NCBI GenBank assembly: GCA_028023455.1
Contig: JAQFVV010000008.1
Location: 17,050,001-17,114,000, forward strand
Origin: Epiperipatus broadwayi
Taxonomy: Eukaryota; Animalia; Onychophora
DNA length: 64,000 bases
Direction of reading: 5' to 3'
The notes under the pieces are model-generated. The model saw only the letters and a list, made by a program, of their open reading frames with translations. It was not told the origin of the DNA and searched no databases. This document shows positions 25,578 to 39,844 of the stretch, one piece after another (positions within the stretch are counted from its first letter, which is position 1; each line of letters starts with the position of its first letter). A program made the position numbers and the translations under genes.

Positions 25578-27711
25578 TTAATCAATAATTTAAAAGCAAA
25601 CCAACACCCCTAAAACCATTTAAAAACAAAGTGTTTGTTTCTTAAAAAAATGAACCAAAAAAAAATAGAAAAACCAGGTGAAAAAAAAAACAACTTTGGT
25701 TTACCGTAATATTATGTAAAGAAACTGACAGACAGTTAGTCGATAATTTAAAAACAAACCAACATCCCTAGACCATCTAAAAACAAAGTATTTGTTTATT
25801 AAAAAATGAAAAAAAAAACCCGGGAGGAATAAAAAAAAAAAAACTTTGGTGGTTTACCGTTATGTAAACCAAACAGATGGGTCGACGGGAAAAAAAATTA
25901 AAAAGCGGTTGAAAAAAAAAATCTTTTATCATAATATTATGTAAACAGACAGCCCGTGAATCGGTATATTGATGTGCATTGGGCGAAAAAGAGCCTCATC
26001 AAACAGTAGGGTTCAGTATTCATACTATTACCAGGAATTTTAAAGAGAAAACAGTGTGAGGTTTGTAAAAGTTCATTTTTTATCTATTTGAATTAATGTC
26101 TAATGTAAGGGATGAGGTTTTTAATCAATTACCTTGATCCAAGATCTATTATCTTTATAATGGGCAGTGTTAAAATTAAATTTGAAGTAATATCAAATTT
26201 TTGTTAAAAAAAAAAGTAAACTTTTATTAATAAATTACTTATCTTTTTGTATAAGATTATATATATAGGAACTATGTAAAACAATGCCTAATCTACAAAT
26301 AAAATTTTTAATCTGTTGTAATAAAAAGTTAGGCAATGTTCAGAAGATTCTAATAAAAATAATTAGTTGGAAATGTTAAGAATTTAATTAGTAGTTTAAA
26401 AATATTAGATTATCTGGAATTATTTTTAATAATGCCGATTGTAGATGTTTCCAGGAAAACTGAGGGCAAACAATAGAAATGGAAACATATACAAGCTAAT
26501 AATTTTTGGCAATTTCATTCAGAAAGACTTATTTTGATTCAATATATTCACTTAGATTCACTTTCACTCACTTTTTTTCAATTCATTAGTGAATATGAAC
26601 TGTTATTATTTTACATTTTTTCATGCTGAAAAGTTCCAGTTATTTCACTGCTAATAAAATTTTCTAATAACAAATTAATGGTGGTTACCTGCAATTAAAA
26701 TGTGATACATAACCCATTTAAAAGCAACCAAGCAGTCTCCGAAAAAAAAAAAGACAGGATCAACCATGTCCAGTGTTTACATTGATAATATATATGGATA
26801 AGGCTATCCCAATGATGAACTCACCTCTTCCAGCATAACTCCAATTCCCATCATGGTATAAACTATTGAAACGACCAACCTGCTGTTTTTACTGATCAAC
26901 AACCTGGACACCAAAGGCTCTCTCTCAACTACTTGCTAAAGAAATGACATGCATTTGAATACTCAATGAAAGTAAGTACTCCAAAATCCAAAGTCTGCAG
27001 CAAGAAAAATTCCTGGTAAAATGTTGGAACTTTATTTCTCCAGTAATCTAGTCTTTAGTTATTATACTTTGATAACCCATATGTTTAATATAAAATCATT
27101 TCTGTTAGATTTAAAATAAGTAATTTATAACCAAAGTATATAGATAATATAATATTTAATGCATTTTCTGATTTCTTCATGAATGAATTTTTGGTTTTAT
27201 TATGATAGAGTTTGAGTTAGGTAATTAATAGATCTTAAATTAGTTCAAATAATTCAGACTGTTGAATAACAAAATATTTTAATATTTAGATTTCTATTCT
27301 GTTTAGTTTTGATTAAATCAGTTTCATAATTCACTGCTGTTAGTGACAACAGCAGTCAAAAGCAAACAAAACTCTTACTAAATAAATTAATTAGAGAAAT
27401 TCATAGATTAATATTTTTTTAGTATAATTATTTTTTCAGAAGGTTTAAAATCTTTAGTGATATGTGTATACAATAATTATTGAAGATAAAAATCAGATTT
27501 GTGCAGACTATCATAGCCTATGTATAGTAAATCACATTTGATTATGGGTATGTGTGCAATAAAATAACCCATTGTAGGTCCACTGTATCTCGTTGGCATG
27601 GCTTGGAGTCGATCACACCGTACTGTGCCTTAGCAAATTGTATAGGTCCACATAAATTAGGAAAGATATAGGGAAGTTCCCTATCTCTTAAGAATCATTG
27701 TTTATATATAT

Positions 27712-28601
27712 TATACCGGTTTGAATCCCTCATTTCTGTCTCCATTGAAGAAAATGACGTCACGAGCATGACATGACGTGTACATTTAAAATGAGAGATT
27801 GATAACAATCTTCGATAATACCCGGGATTAAATACAACGAGTATTATGTTACTAATTATTAGAAGAAAGAAATTTGATTTCAATTAAAAGCAAAATCTTT
27901 CCCTGTTAAACCATTTATATTTCCACCCCAATATCTAATTTGCCCGGTAGACGTTTTCCCTCGCTCTTCACATACCTTTAAAAGATTGTATTAATTTAAC
28001 AATCCTTAGCATCATCCCCAACACAATAAAAGAAAGCAAAAATTAAATAATTTTACCCTCCCTTTCTGTTGAGAGAGTATGCAAAGAGGTTATCGTACAT
28101 ACGTTTAATTTGGATGAAGGAAAACTGGGTGAAAATATTCTAATTTAACTCCCCGATACAATATCCCGATGGCTAACTCAATTCTAATTCTCTATCCCAG
28201 GTACTTTGAATAAGTATTGCTATAACTTTTATAGCCGTGGTCAGCAAACATCACAAATAGGTGATTACATTCAATTATTATTAATTTACTTTATAATAGA
28301 TTACACAATAACAAATAAAGTATGAGAATATATATAATTTATTTAACAAAATTCCCCCCTCCACCACATATATATTTTTAAACATTAGAATATTGAATCT
28401 CAAATTAGTTATAGGACTTTCTGTCCAAATTTACGAGTCTACATATAATTATACAAGGTCTAAATCTTTGTTTTTCAAATCTATATAGTTAGATTAAACA
28501 CACACACAAAAAAATCCAATTTTTAACTTTTATCTACATTAACTTAATTGATAAGAATACTAAGGGCTAACTATGGATGCCCATATTGTGAGTGGTCTAT
28601 A
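27712..28601 (-). mobile_element. LTR (copy B of the 345-1261 family)
   Basis: Reverse-complement similarity to copy A. PPT ggagaggaag at 28602-28611 (minus strand). Similarity continues into the 3' internal region to ~28921. Confidence 0.7.
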
Positions 28602-29059
28602 CTTCCTCTCCAAGCACAAAACAATGAATGTTTATTTTGTAAATTCCCAAAATACTAAAGTAGGTTATACACTGATCTCACCCCCTGAACTTTTCCCATT
28701 TGCGCATATAAACTCTTAAGATTAGATATGCCTTTACCTTTGAGTATGTAAAATAATAATTTACGTATATGTATATATTTTTTATACAGCAAAAAAAAAA
28801 TTAAAAAAAAAATGTATAGGCCGGCTATATATGTCACTCCATGTAAGGTGACGCCGCCATGATTAAACATTAATTAAGAAGTAAAGGTGAACTGGGGTAA
28901 AAGAATAAGAAATAGTAATAAGCCATATTATTTTATAATATTTCATATAATAATAAAAAAAATTAATATATTTTATCATATGTTAGTAACTATTACAATT
29001 ATCTGGGTTATATACACTTTAAAAAAAAAATACAAATAACAAACTATATATATATAAAA

Positions 29060-29890
29060 AAAAATATGAACATTTTTTTTTTTTTACTTTACTCATCTTT
29101 ATCTGCTTGCTCTCCGGGTTCAAACTTCTGGGCGGACCATCTCAACTTCAATCAGGGTATTCTAAGTCTCTGACACATCCATCTTGGCGACCACGTATCT
29201 GAACTGGCGTGTGTACTGCTATGGTTCTTCCTACTCCGTGCTTTTGTAGGCCATCAGATAAAACTTGTTTGTCATTTTAAACATGGAACTCCAAAATATT
29301 TCCTTTCTTCTTGATTTATTGCTGAACGGCGTATGCTTATATGATTTTCCACATTATATATGGGTATTGGCTGCTTCGGTTATATTTGAGCGATCACCAG
29401 GAAAAACCTTCTACAGAAGTTTATGTTCGTTCAGAAAATAGTGTGAGTTAAGCTCCTTCTTGAATTAAAATATAAATTCAGCAATCCCAAAAGCATATTT
29501 ATCGAAAAGAATAAATATCTGATATAATCTCCCCATACCGTACAGGTAGGTTATGTAGCTCTGTCCGTTCAATAATATTATTTTAAACCATATCTAGCTT
29601 CATCTTGCTTTCTCAGTTCAATATTAATCATTAATATTTTACACCATGCATGGATTTGTGTGGCTTTCTATGTCCAACACTAATCAAAAACTAAACTTTT
29701 TGTTCACCTCCCAGGTAGGTTATTGTATATCCCCATCCGCCCACAAGTTTTAATTGCTTACACCCCCCTTCGAGCTATTGCATCAGATAATCTTACTTTT
29801 TGTACATTCTTTATAAAAATCTTGTTTCAAAAATCTCTTTTTAGGAATTTCAAACTCCATATTGCAGTAATAGATCACCCACATTCTTTA
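29060..29890 (-). pseudogene. Degraded Gypsy integrase upstream of LTR copy B
   Basis: KFLKRDF..KVRLSD, PHKSMHGV, VFPGDR and KYFGVP..QVLSDG..RTIAVH fall in the order expected for the core and GPY/F module. Many stops. Confidence 0.5.
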
Positions 29891-31009
29891 GATAACACAT
29901 TTGGAACTAATTTACAAATTAATTAATTAAAAAAAAAAAACTACTTGATTACATACAAAAAAGTAAAAAAAATAGAAAAACAAAGATTAATCAAATCCAC
30001 CTTTTAAACGGAAGATTCTTGTCAATCACACAAAGAATATTTTTGTATATTTTTAAAATAAAAGAAAAAACATTTTAAAAATTATCAAAAAGGAAAAAAT
30101 ATATATGGAAAACTTTATACATATACGTATTACATATATGTTTACAAAAAAATGCGATACATTTATAGTGTGTTATACATATTAAAACATTTACAATAAA
30201 TGATACATTTATAGTGGGCTATTATTTCAAAATAAATAATATATGTGTTAGTTGTGTACGCAAGGAGATGGGAATCTAGTATAGACCAATTCTCATTGTT
30301 TATTTCTTTTTACTTTATTTTAATTTATTCAATAAATTTAGCTGTGCCAAATTGTTGGCTACAGCCATCTTGTGTATGGACGTTTTACGGTCTGGCACAA
30401 TATATATAAATTCTTTGATAGTGTTTGCTTTTGCTGGGGAATATTGCCCTAGAGAAATCTATGATTATATAAACTCTGAAAGAAATGAATAAACAATATT
30501 ATTTTATTTAAATTTGCCTGTCATTTGTTTGCCATTATTTGTGTATCAATTGCTTAATAGTTATATGCCTCATGCTCTAAGCTGAGCTAGCTTCAGGAAT
30601 AATTATTATATCAAAATATGTCCAGATTAGCATATATTCATTCACCCAAAATAAATTTTCCAAACTGGTGAACTAGTATCGTAGTGTCTTCAAGTGATTG
30701 TACGTATGTATCCAGTACAATATATATATATTGTAAATCTTCTAAACACTTTTATTTTTGATTGAAGATAATTACAAGCTGTATATTTAAGCAAAATAAA
30801 ACAATTATAGTCTATTTTACTAAAGAAGTTATATATTTATTCTCAGCTATTGTCATTATAACTGCATGAATATTTTACCTGATATTTATTATACACTAGA
30901 TTAATAATAAGTATTATGGTTGATATCTTTAATGTATAATTTAATGATTGGAATATTATATTTGATTTTGAAAAAAATGAAATCCTTTGATTTGAGACTA
31001 ATATATTGG

Positions 31010-31640
31010 TGTGATGTATTTACCCACAACTCGGGTAAGAAAACCACAATTACTTAATCTAAACTAATTTATTAATGAGCATTTATTATACGTTATACAA
31101 ACAAAAATAGAATATTTACAAACTTTAAATATAATTATGTACAGAAATATGATTACAGCTTTCTAAAAGACTCTATCCCCATCTCAAATATTGTCCGACA
31201 ATTACTGCCTCGTTTAATGGATGATCCTTTCCGCAACTATACAAAATATACTACAAGTTCCTCAAAGTTAAAAAACCCTATGAACCATGTAGGCTTAAAT
31301 AAATCAAAATAAGATCAGGATGATATGCCTTAAATACTAGTCAGATTTTTGTACCTTCAGATTCCGACACATCTGGTTTATTCCCATGCAGAAGGATACC
31401 AGTAACGAGCATCGTAGCGCTTCCATGACACAAGAAAAAAAAAGCACTTAACTCTACAATTCCAAGTTTTTATAGTCTGCCATTTATTTGTTCCCTTATC
31501 GGAAATTTTCATTCTTTAAATTCCTTTGCGAAAACACTTAATTGATTTCACTTTCTGGATCCAGTATTTCGTATGATTTTATCTTTTCTCTAATTAGTTC
31601 CAACTTTACTCTTCCATTCTTTTCACTCGATCTGAAAAAT
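31010..31640 (-). mobile_element. Possible 3' end of another Gypsy element (integrase tail plus LTR-like segment)
   Basis: YEILDPES...VF...NLK resembles an integrase C-terminus. tgtcatg...catcaca termini at 31430 and 31010. Confidence 0.35.
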
Positions 31641-34023
31641 CTTTTAATTATACAATTCTATTTATTTTCTTATATGTATAACTCATTCCTATGAAAATTT
31701 CCATTGTTATTGATTAGCACATTTGATTTTAACTTCTGGAGTATTCTTATCGCTTTTATATTTATTGAAAATAAAATACTACAATTAGATTACACATAAA
31801 CAATTGTAATTCAATGTGTTATTAACTTATTGATTTTAATATACTATTTTTTTATTTTACATTAACTAAATCACATATTTAATTATTTAGTTAACTGTCT
31901 TTTGTCTCATTATATATATTGTACCCTTTTGATTAGATCCAAATAGATTCACTGAGTCAATTTTTTAAAAATTTTAAATTAAAAATATATTTTAATTGGT
32001 ATGACTACTGTATAATGTTGGTAATGTTTTAAAATCCTTTGTTAAAGTAAAAGTGAGAATAGTAAATACATAAAAACTATATTAATATGTTAGAATAATA
32101 AGGTAAAGCTAAATATTATAATTTTATATGGTTAGGAAAACTGGCCATAGTAAAATAATATGCTAAAAACCCCTAATAAACAAGTGCTAAAAGCTAATTT
32201 TAAAATAATGACTTAGAATTAAATAAATTAGTGTATTTTAAAATAAAAATTATATTTAATATTTATGTTATAAATTATGTATTTAAAATATAATATTTTG
32301 TGATAAAACAAATGTGTTTTAATTTAATAGTATCAAATTATTATTCCAAATTCTATTATTATATTACTATTTATTTAATATATTTTTTATAATTAGAAAT
32401 TTATTTCTGTTATCAGACAGCAATTAAAAATTGTTACATTGTCTGGGTTTGAAAGTCATGTGACACAAGTACTCATATTTTGTGCTTACAAGTTTTCTAA
32501 AGAGTTTCAAAATTGCTTTAGATTTGTTAAAAAATTGAAACATTTGTTAGGTCATAAGATAAAAGTAATTGTTAAAAAATTATTTAATTGGGTGATTTTA
32601 AAACAAATGTAGTTAATAAAGTTAAATTTTAAAAAATAGATACATTGAAAATAAATATTGGATAATTACTAAAGTATTATTTTTAAAATGTTATTTTAAA
32701 ATATTTAGTTTGTCTCAATAAAAGTATAATATTAATTTAAAATTACATTTTTTAATAATATTAGATATTTTATGAGTCATGATTTTATTTTTAAAAATTA
32801 ATTACATCAGATAGTACTAATATATAAATCAGATCACAAGTTAAAGATTTAGTAGCCAATCAAATCATTAATTTAATTTACTATAAAAGTATATGTTTTC
32901 ATGTTTCTGGGGTGCTTTTAATAACTTAAATAGGTGCTTAATAACTAAATAACTCTCTTAATGATTTATTTTTTAATATCAAAGTATTGTCAAGTTTATT
33001 ACTTAAAATTATTATTTTAAAAGAAAGTATTTAAAGGATTATAATTTATTAAGCTAAAGCAGTCATGCATTGTTAAAGTAGCAAATTCCCTATCAAGTAT
33101 TTCTATTAAAGCTTGAGCCAGCTTCACAGTAGCTATGGAATTAATACCAGAAATAAGGAAAGTAAGGATGGAGGTACAGATACCAAATAAAAGTACAACT
33201 TTAAAAATATTATTGGAAAAAGTAATATTATTTGTTTTAATATTTTGGACATTGTCAAGGAAATTAGACAGAAAATTCTTTGAAAATTTTGTATTTTAAA
33301 TGCATTATATCATAAGGAAAGATAATCATATCTAAAAAGCAAAAGCTATATGGTAAAAACTTTAACTTTTAACATTTTTGAAAAAAATATATTTTTAAAA
33401 GAGTTGCAGTAAATATTTTTTTAAAGGAAATATTGTTTTAAAAAGTTTATTATGAACTTTTCTTTGAAATGATAAAAATATAAAAACCGATAGTACTGCA
33501 AATATATTTTTATATGACAAGTCATCATTAGAAAAAAAAAAGACCGTAAATCATTTTAATATTCTAAAAAAGTGATTTTTAGAATTATTCGTCAAAAAGA
33601 AAAACAATGAGTAATTAAAATAATATTATACTGACTGAAATAACTTTATATCTTTACTGAATTACCATAAAAATGATAATTTTAAAAGAATATAAAATAC
33701 GTATTTTCCGTACGAATACATGGATCTATATAACCATAACTGATGCATTGAAAGCCCATGTAGGATTCTAGTGAACAGGAAAACTCCGGAGATTATTTTA
33801 AAAAACTTTCCCAATTGATATCAATTTAATAATCATTGTCCTGAAAGCTATAGACAATTGACTATAACTTTTATGAACTAATTAATGATTATTTTTGTAA
33901 ATAATTTCAGATTTAAAAGTTGACTTGATTTTCATTTTCTTTTTTGTTGTCATTTATGAGTTTACGCCGCGACGAGGGAAGGAAGAAGAAAAGTTTTTTT
34001 TTGTTCTAAAGCATTAGACAGTG

Positions 34024-34037
34024 GTTGTCATAGCAAC
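34024..34037. promoter_or_regulatory. RFX X-box motif
   Basis: gttgtcatagcaac fits GTHNYY-AT-RRNAAC. It sits next to a CpG cluster (cgccgcgacg, ~33965). Confidence 0.5.
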
Positions 34038-36287
34038 AAACGTCAGGAACAAGCATCTATGAAGGATTTCTAATGAAGAAATATTAGGAGAAAGAAAGGA
34101 ACTTTTTTTTTAAAATTTACTTTATAGTGGGTTGGAGTTTTTCGTAAATATAGTCTTAATTATATTTTTGCTTACTAATAATAGTATTACATTTTTTTTA
34201 ATTATTACTGTTAGGCAGGAAAATTACATATAAAAAAATCTATTAATCTAACATAATTATTATTGTAAGGAATATTTCATTCTTTGTAAAGTTTTTATAA
34301 ATATTTTTCTAAGTATGATAGTTCTTGCTGAGTAAATGCTCTTATTAATTAATATGTTTCTTTTATGAAATATGGACCAGAAAACATCTAAGAGTGACCA
34401 ACAAGATTTAGTGTCACTGTGGATAAATTTGTAAAATCTATTAATTTTTACATGATGTATATTTTATTTTTTCTTTCGATTGCTTGAAATATTTTATAGT
34501 ATTACCATATCATATGAACGTATGAGTACGTGTGCGTGCATTAAATACACATAAAACTTATTATTATTATTCTAGAAATACGAGTTAGATTTATTTTTTT
34601 TTTAAAAAGATATGCATACTTTACTTTTATATTACTAATGTAATATGATTTAATGATAGATATAATTTATATGATTCTTTAGTGAAGGAACTCTATTTTT
34701 TTAAAGTACTTTAAATATTGATTTAATACCTTCAAACAAAATCATTTGTATTTCTAATGCTGAATTTTGAAAGTGAATAAACCTTTTCTTGTTTAGTAGT
34801 TTTAGATTATTGAAGTAATACGTGAATTTTGTTTATTGTTTTAGTATAATGTTTGATAATTTTGCGATGTAGATTGATAAATCTATTATGAAATTTTTAA
34901 GTGTTAGTGACCTTGGGATTATGAAAAGAAACCAATGGGAAGCTTATATGCAGGATTTATGGGGAATAGAAAGTAATTTATATTATCTTAATAGTTTATG
35001 CAGGTACAGATAATGTAGCCCTGTGACTTGTATATATATATTCCATTGGCAGTGTCTTTCTTAGATTATGTATTTAAATATTCATAGGAGCTGAATAGAC
35101 TGGACATTATCCCATATATTTATACTATTGAGTATATACTCTAGTTAGTTCTTCATGCCTACACATTGGATCGCTATCTTAATTTCAAAAGTTATTGCAT
35201 TGTACAGAATTGAATTTATGAAGGAAAATAGTAAATAATTTTGAAAATTGTAGAATTGTTATTTTGAAAGAGGATAACATAGATTTTTCTTGCTTTAGTT
35301 TATGTTGAGATCAAATACAAATGAGATTGAAAATAAACTCAAACTATAAGGATAAAGAATCATAAATATTTCCATATTTTATTAAACTATTTTTAAAAGA
35401 ATATATAAGAGATAATAAATTATTCACGAGATTTTTGAATAATTTTGGATATTTTGATTATACATGGTAATGCATATTTTTAAAGAATAAAACATCTAGA
35501 AGAAACAACATAAAATAAAATGAGTACTTATATTTTGTGAATATTATTTTATGTTTAGAACACGCATAAAACACACACATGGTGATTTTTTTTTTAAAGT
35601 AGTGTAAGCAAGGTATATAAAATTATGTCAATCATACTATTTTACTCAAGTCAATGTATTTATTTAAAGAACCAAGATAAATATTTTGAATAATATCAGC
35701 ACTATCATAGTAGAAGTATTAGTATTATTTTAAATAAATGTGAAAAGTTATGTTGGAGTAAAGGCTTATTTACTTGTTGATTTTATTTTTATTTTAAGAA
35801 TGAAGAAGTATGTAATTTATCTAAGATGTAACTGTAAATATTGTATATAGTTTTTGTTAAAAGTTTATAATAAACTTTGTTAAACTTGTTTTTTATAATG
35901 TATTGATTATTCACATTACAAATACATGATCACCAAATATTAAACCAAATATAATATTTGCATAGTACAAATATAAGCATTTACTTGAGAAATCACAATG
36001 CTTCAGAATATAATATATTTGAGAAATTTCATTTTACATTATTATTATCATTATGGTCATAATTAATTATATAATTTATTGCATAGAATTATAATATTAT
36101 TTGTTGCCACATATTCTCAGATTATACCACATAGTCTATTTAAGATGCCACATGAAAACGAAAAGATTATATTATTTATTGTTATTATTATTATCGATAG
36201 TTACCATAACATTGAAAAGTAGATAAGATTGATAATTATTCATCGAAGATTATTATTATTTATTATTGTTGTTATTATTATTAGTTA

Positions 36288-36780
36288 GGTGTAGTTGAGA
36301 GTGATACAAAATCCCTTATCATACTTAGCTACAGAAAATTATAAAATGATTCGAGTTAGTTTAAAGAACCTGAGATTATTATAGTTATATTATTTTAATA
36401 AAGAGATTAGGATTTATTTATTAGCATTATATTAAATTGAAAGTCATAAGAATGCTATGAATTTATTATTATTTGAAATAATAGGGGGGGGGGGATAGTA
36501 TTCTTATGCCATTGAGGTTGTATCCTGTGGGATATTGGCTCAATGTAATTCTTTACTGCTTGTACTTCACTTTATTGTCTCATGATTTATTAATATTTTA
36601 TTTATATAATTTTATAAAACCAAACCATTTATTATTTCTTAATCAATTAGAGCTAGTTAAATAGTAGATAGTATCATAGGATATCTTTGTTATTGATTAT
36701 ATGTATTTTAGCCGAGCATAATCATTTTATCTGAGATAGTCTTATTTTCATATTATTATATTTCCAGTTAGTGAGGATAC
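36288..36780 (+). repeat. Diverged dispersed repeat, related to ~42250-42924
   Basis: Shared blocks taggtgta..aaaatccct, gga..tattc.tatgccattgagg and gagctagtta. Both copies end in ..aca before an AT run. Confidence 0.4.
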
Positions 36781-36820
36781 AATATATATATTTGTCTACA
36801 TTCTTATGCATATATATATA

Positions 36821-37791
36821 CACCTGGGTCTCATTTTATGCGGATTTATTTAATGCGATTTTGAAGTTCGCGATTCATGTTTCTTTGGAAGTCAAACTCC
36901 GAGAATGCGCTATTACTTTAAACAATAAATTTCACGCACTTACATCATATTGAAAGTAATAGCACATTATTGGAATTCGACTTTCATCTTAGTAATTTCA
37001 ATATTTTCAGTGCTTTATAATAGTAAGATTTTATGCAATAATGAAATTAAAATCATGATTTCCACATTTTATGTATACCCACATTAAATTTTACAAGATT
37101 ATAATGTAAATTTGTTCAAACATTGTGCGTGTTAATTTTGCATTTTAAATCACATTCTGTTTTTGCTTTTTAAAAAAGAACGTAATCAATTATTAATCAT
37201 TTAGTGTCCACAAGTTTATTTTTAATTATTTTCTTATTAATGACACAATGAGAGCTAAATGGTTGTATGTCTAGATATCGCGAGCTTCATAAACAATTAA
37301 TAAAATCATCATCTCAAAGATTAATTACGTTGTCACCAGAAAACCATTAACACAACATGAGAGTGAAGTTGGCACTAGTTGTATTTCCTCTTGTGAAGAA
37401 TCGGATTTTTTACCAGTTTGCAAACGAACCTGTTTATCGGCAAGTAGCGATAATAATTAAAATGTATATAAAAAAATGTCAGTTACTGTACTGTAAATTA
37501 TGCATAAAAATATATTGTTTTGAATAAAGTTAAATATTATAGTTAAAAAAAGTTTGTCTTGTATCAATTTTTTTCAAATTTGAAATTTTTTATTAGTCAT
37601 ATTTTATTTCCTTATTTTTTTTGCGCGAATTTTAAAGTAATTTTACGTTGGTGCTTTACTTTTATGCGATTTTTGAAAAATCACAGTCCGTATCCTCCCT
37701 TTTTCAAGGTAAGTTACATCTATTTTTGTGTGATTTCTTTTGCACGTGTTTTCTGAGGAACCTATTTATCGCGTAAAACAAGACGCAGGTG
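36821..37791. mobile_element. Tc1/mariner-pogo-type non-autonomous element
   Basis: 22-bp TIRs with 18/22 identity (cacctgggtctcattttatgcg / cacctgcgtcttgttttacgcg). ta on the left flank, tg on the right, inside an AT run. Confidence 0.6.
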
Positions 37792-39830
37792 TGTGTATAT
37801 ATATATTTGTCCAATTCTTATTCATATATATATTGTGGTGGTGTTTTTATTGTGCTACATTATTTCATAAATGTGTAAAATAGTCATTTTTATAGAAAAT
37901 TTTAAATTTTATACAATAGTTGTTTATAACATAGTATTTTTGTATCTAAAGTAAGTTAAAATACACTGCTTATTCAATGTTAAAGCTAATTTAAGTTATC
38001 TTAATCTAATATTTTTTAAATTTAATAACAAAGTTAAGATATAAAGTATTATTTAGAGTTAAATAAAGTAAATAATTATTAGAGTTATGTAATATAATGC
38101 TAAAAAAATAATCTTAGTGATAAAAATCAATATTTTATAATTACTAACAGTCTAATTTAAAAGTATTATTTAATTATCTTAAATTATTTAATGATGATGT
38201 AATAATTCTGGTATGCAATGAGTGTCAATTTGTGTGCACACACATTCTTGTTAAAATTAATTCAGTTTATTTCCTTGTTGCTAAAATTGATTTATTTGTT
38301 GTATCAATTTTATGTTGCAATTTATTCTTGTATCAAATTTTAGAACATATCAATATCGATTATTATAATTACATAAACAATAAATTTTTTTGTTTCCAAA
38401 TTTAAGTGTAATAAAAAAGGATTTTTATTTAAAAGTATATTTAAAGATAGTATTTAAATAAAGTTTAAAATATATTATTTAATAATATTTATTATTAAAT
38501 TATTTTAAAAAGAAAAAAGCTAGTCAGAAATAATTAGAATGTAAATTTTAGTGTCTGGATTAATTGACCAATCATGTATAAGTCAAATATGGCTATAAAT
38601 ACATGATTAGTTGAGAAAATCAGTTGTTGTCTATTAATTTTTTTTTTAAATCAATGAAGTAAATTTTGAGGAATAAAACTGCATTCCTTATAGTTTAAAT
38701 TTAAGTTGTAAATTTCTTTAAATTTTATTATTTTATTTGTAAAATATTAACAGCATTTTCTAAAACTATGAAAAATAATATAAGAAGTTTATTATAATTG
38801 TTTTAATATGGTGTAAAACAAGAAATCTTCCTTGTCAGTGCTGCACAAAAACCAACTGAGAAACTATGATAATTGACAGAAAGAATATGATTTATCAAAT
38901 AGAAATGCCATTAGTCAGAGGACTAGAGAGCATGCAGTTTAAACCAAAGAGCAATGCAAAGGATGTAAAAGGAATTTATATTTAATCATATTCATGTGTT
39001 GTATGTTAAAAAACATTTTTATTAGACTTAATAAGTAACCATAATAAAAATAGATTTTGTTTAATAAAGCTATTAATATTTTTTATCAGAAATTTATTAA
39101 ATACTTTTTCTGAATTTTTATTCATTTTAAGTAGAAAGAGTGAATACTAACTAATTATTTTAGTGAAAATGGATTTGTTGTCTACTATTCATTGCATGTG
39201 TAATTCACAAATGTTTTTAGTACAAAGAATATATATTAACTTGAAGGAGAATTGTATAATGTGTTTGACAAGTATTTTTGTAAGTTATTAGAATAATAAA
39301 TGTGAATTATTCTAAAAAGAGTTACAGAAGATATAAGTTGACTATTAATATTATTAAAATATTTATTAATCCAGAGAACTTGATAAATATAGGATGTGAT
39401 TAAAAAATATTATTGCAAGTTATTAATATGCAAATGTGAATACATGTGAGAAGAATTATAAAATTGGATAAACTTACTAGTGAGATTGCTAAAATTATTC
39501 AGAATGATTCTATGTGAGAGATTTGGAGATTTTTGTTTAAAAATGAAATAATTTTGCAGTAAATCATGGAATGCAGACTGAAAGAAAATCTTTGAAAATT
39601 GGATAATTATTTTGACAAATAATAAATGCTTATTATTAACTTTAATGAAATTTGCTTCATCAATGAGTTAAAATGAACAAATTTTATTATATGTACTTTT
39701 TATATTGCATTGAGGAGGAACATTTCCATTGGATTTTTTCTTTAATATCTTTGCATTTACACTGTACAGAATTGTGTAAGAGTGTGGAAGAGAGAAAGAT
39801 GGAAAAAATCTCCCTAGTTAAGTGAACATT

Positions 39831-39844
39831 GTTGTCATGGTGAC
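39831..39844. promoter_or_regulatory. Second RFX X-box-like motif
   Basis: gttgtcatggtgac, an imperfect X-box palindrome. Confidence 0.3.

Larger units (their letters stand above)
23134..26032 (+). mobile_element. Merlin-type DNA transposon (element 2), defective
   Basis: 37-bp TIRs with 34/37 identity starting ggtaatagtatgaat (GGNRM). 8-bp TSD aagaattt/aggaattt. Contains a transposase N-terminal remnant and multiple subterminal repeats at 24400-25890. Confidence 0.85.

Noticed and set aside
27656-27684. Hairpin atagggaagttccctat near CTAA as a Helitron 3' end
   Set aside because: No 5' TC end or second copy was found, and such short hairpins arise by chance.
30343-30399. 57-bp tgtgcca...tggcaca mini-element
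   Set aside because: Only a 7-bp inverted match, no TSD, single copy.
38850-39600. Transposase-like fragments (NLINIGCD, NVNT)
   Set aside because: Too degraded and discontinuous to assign.
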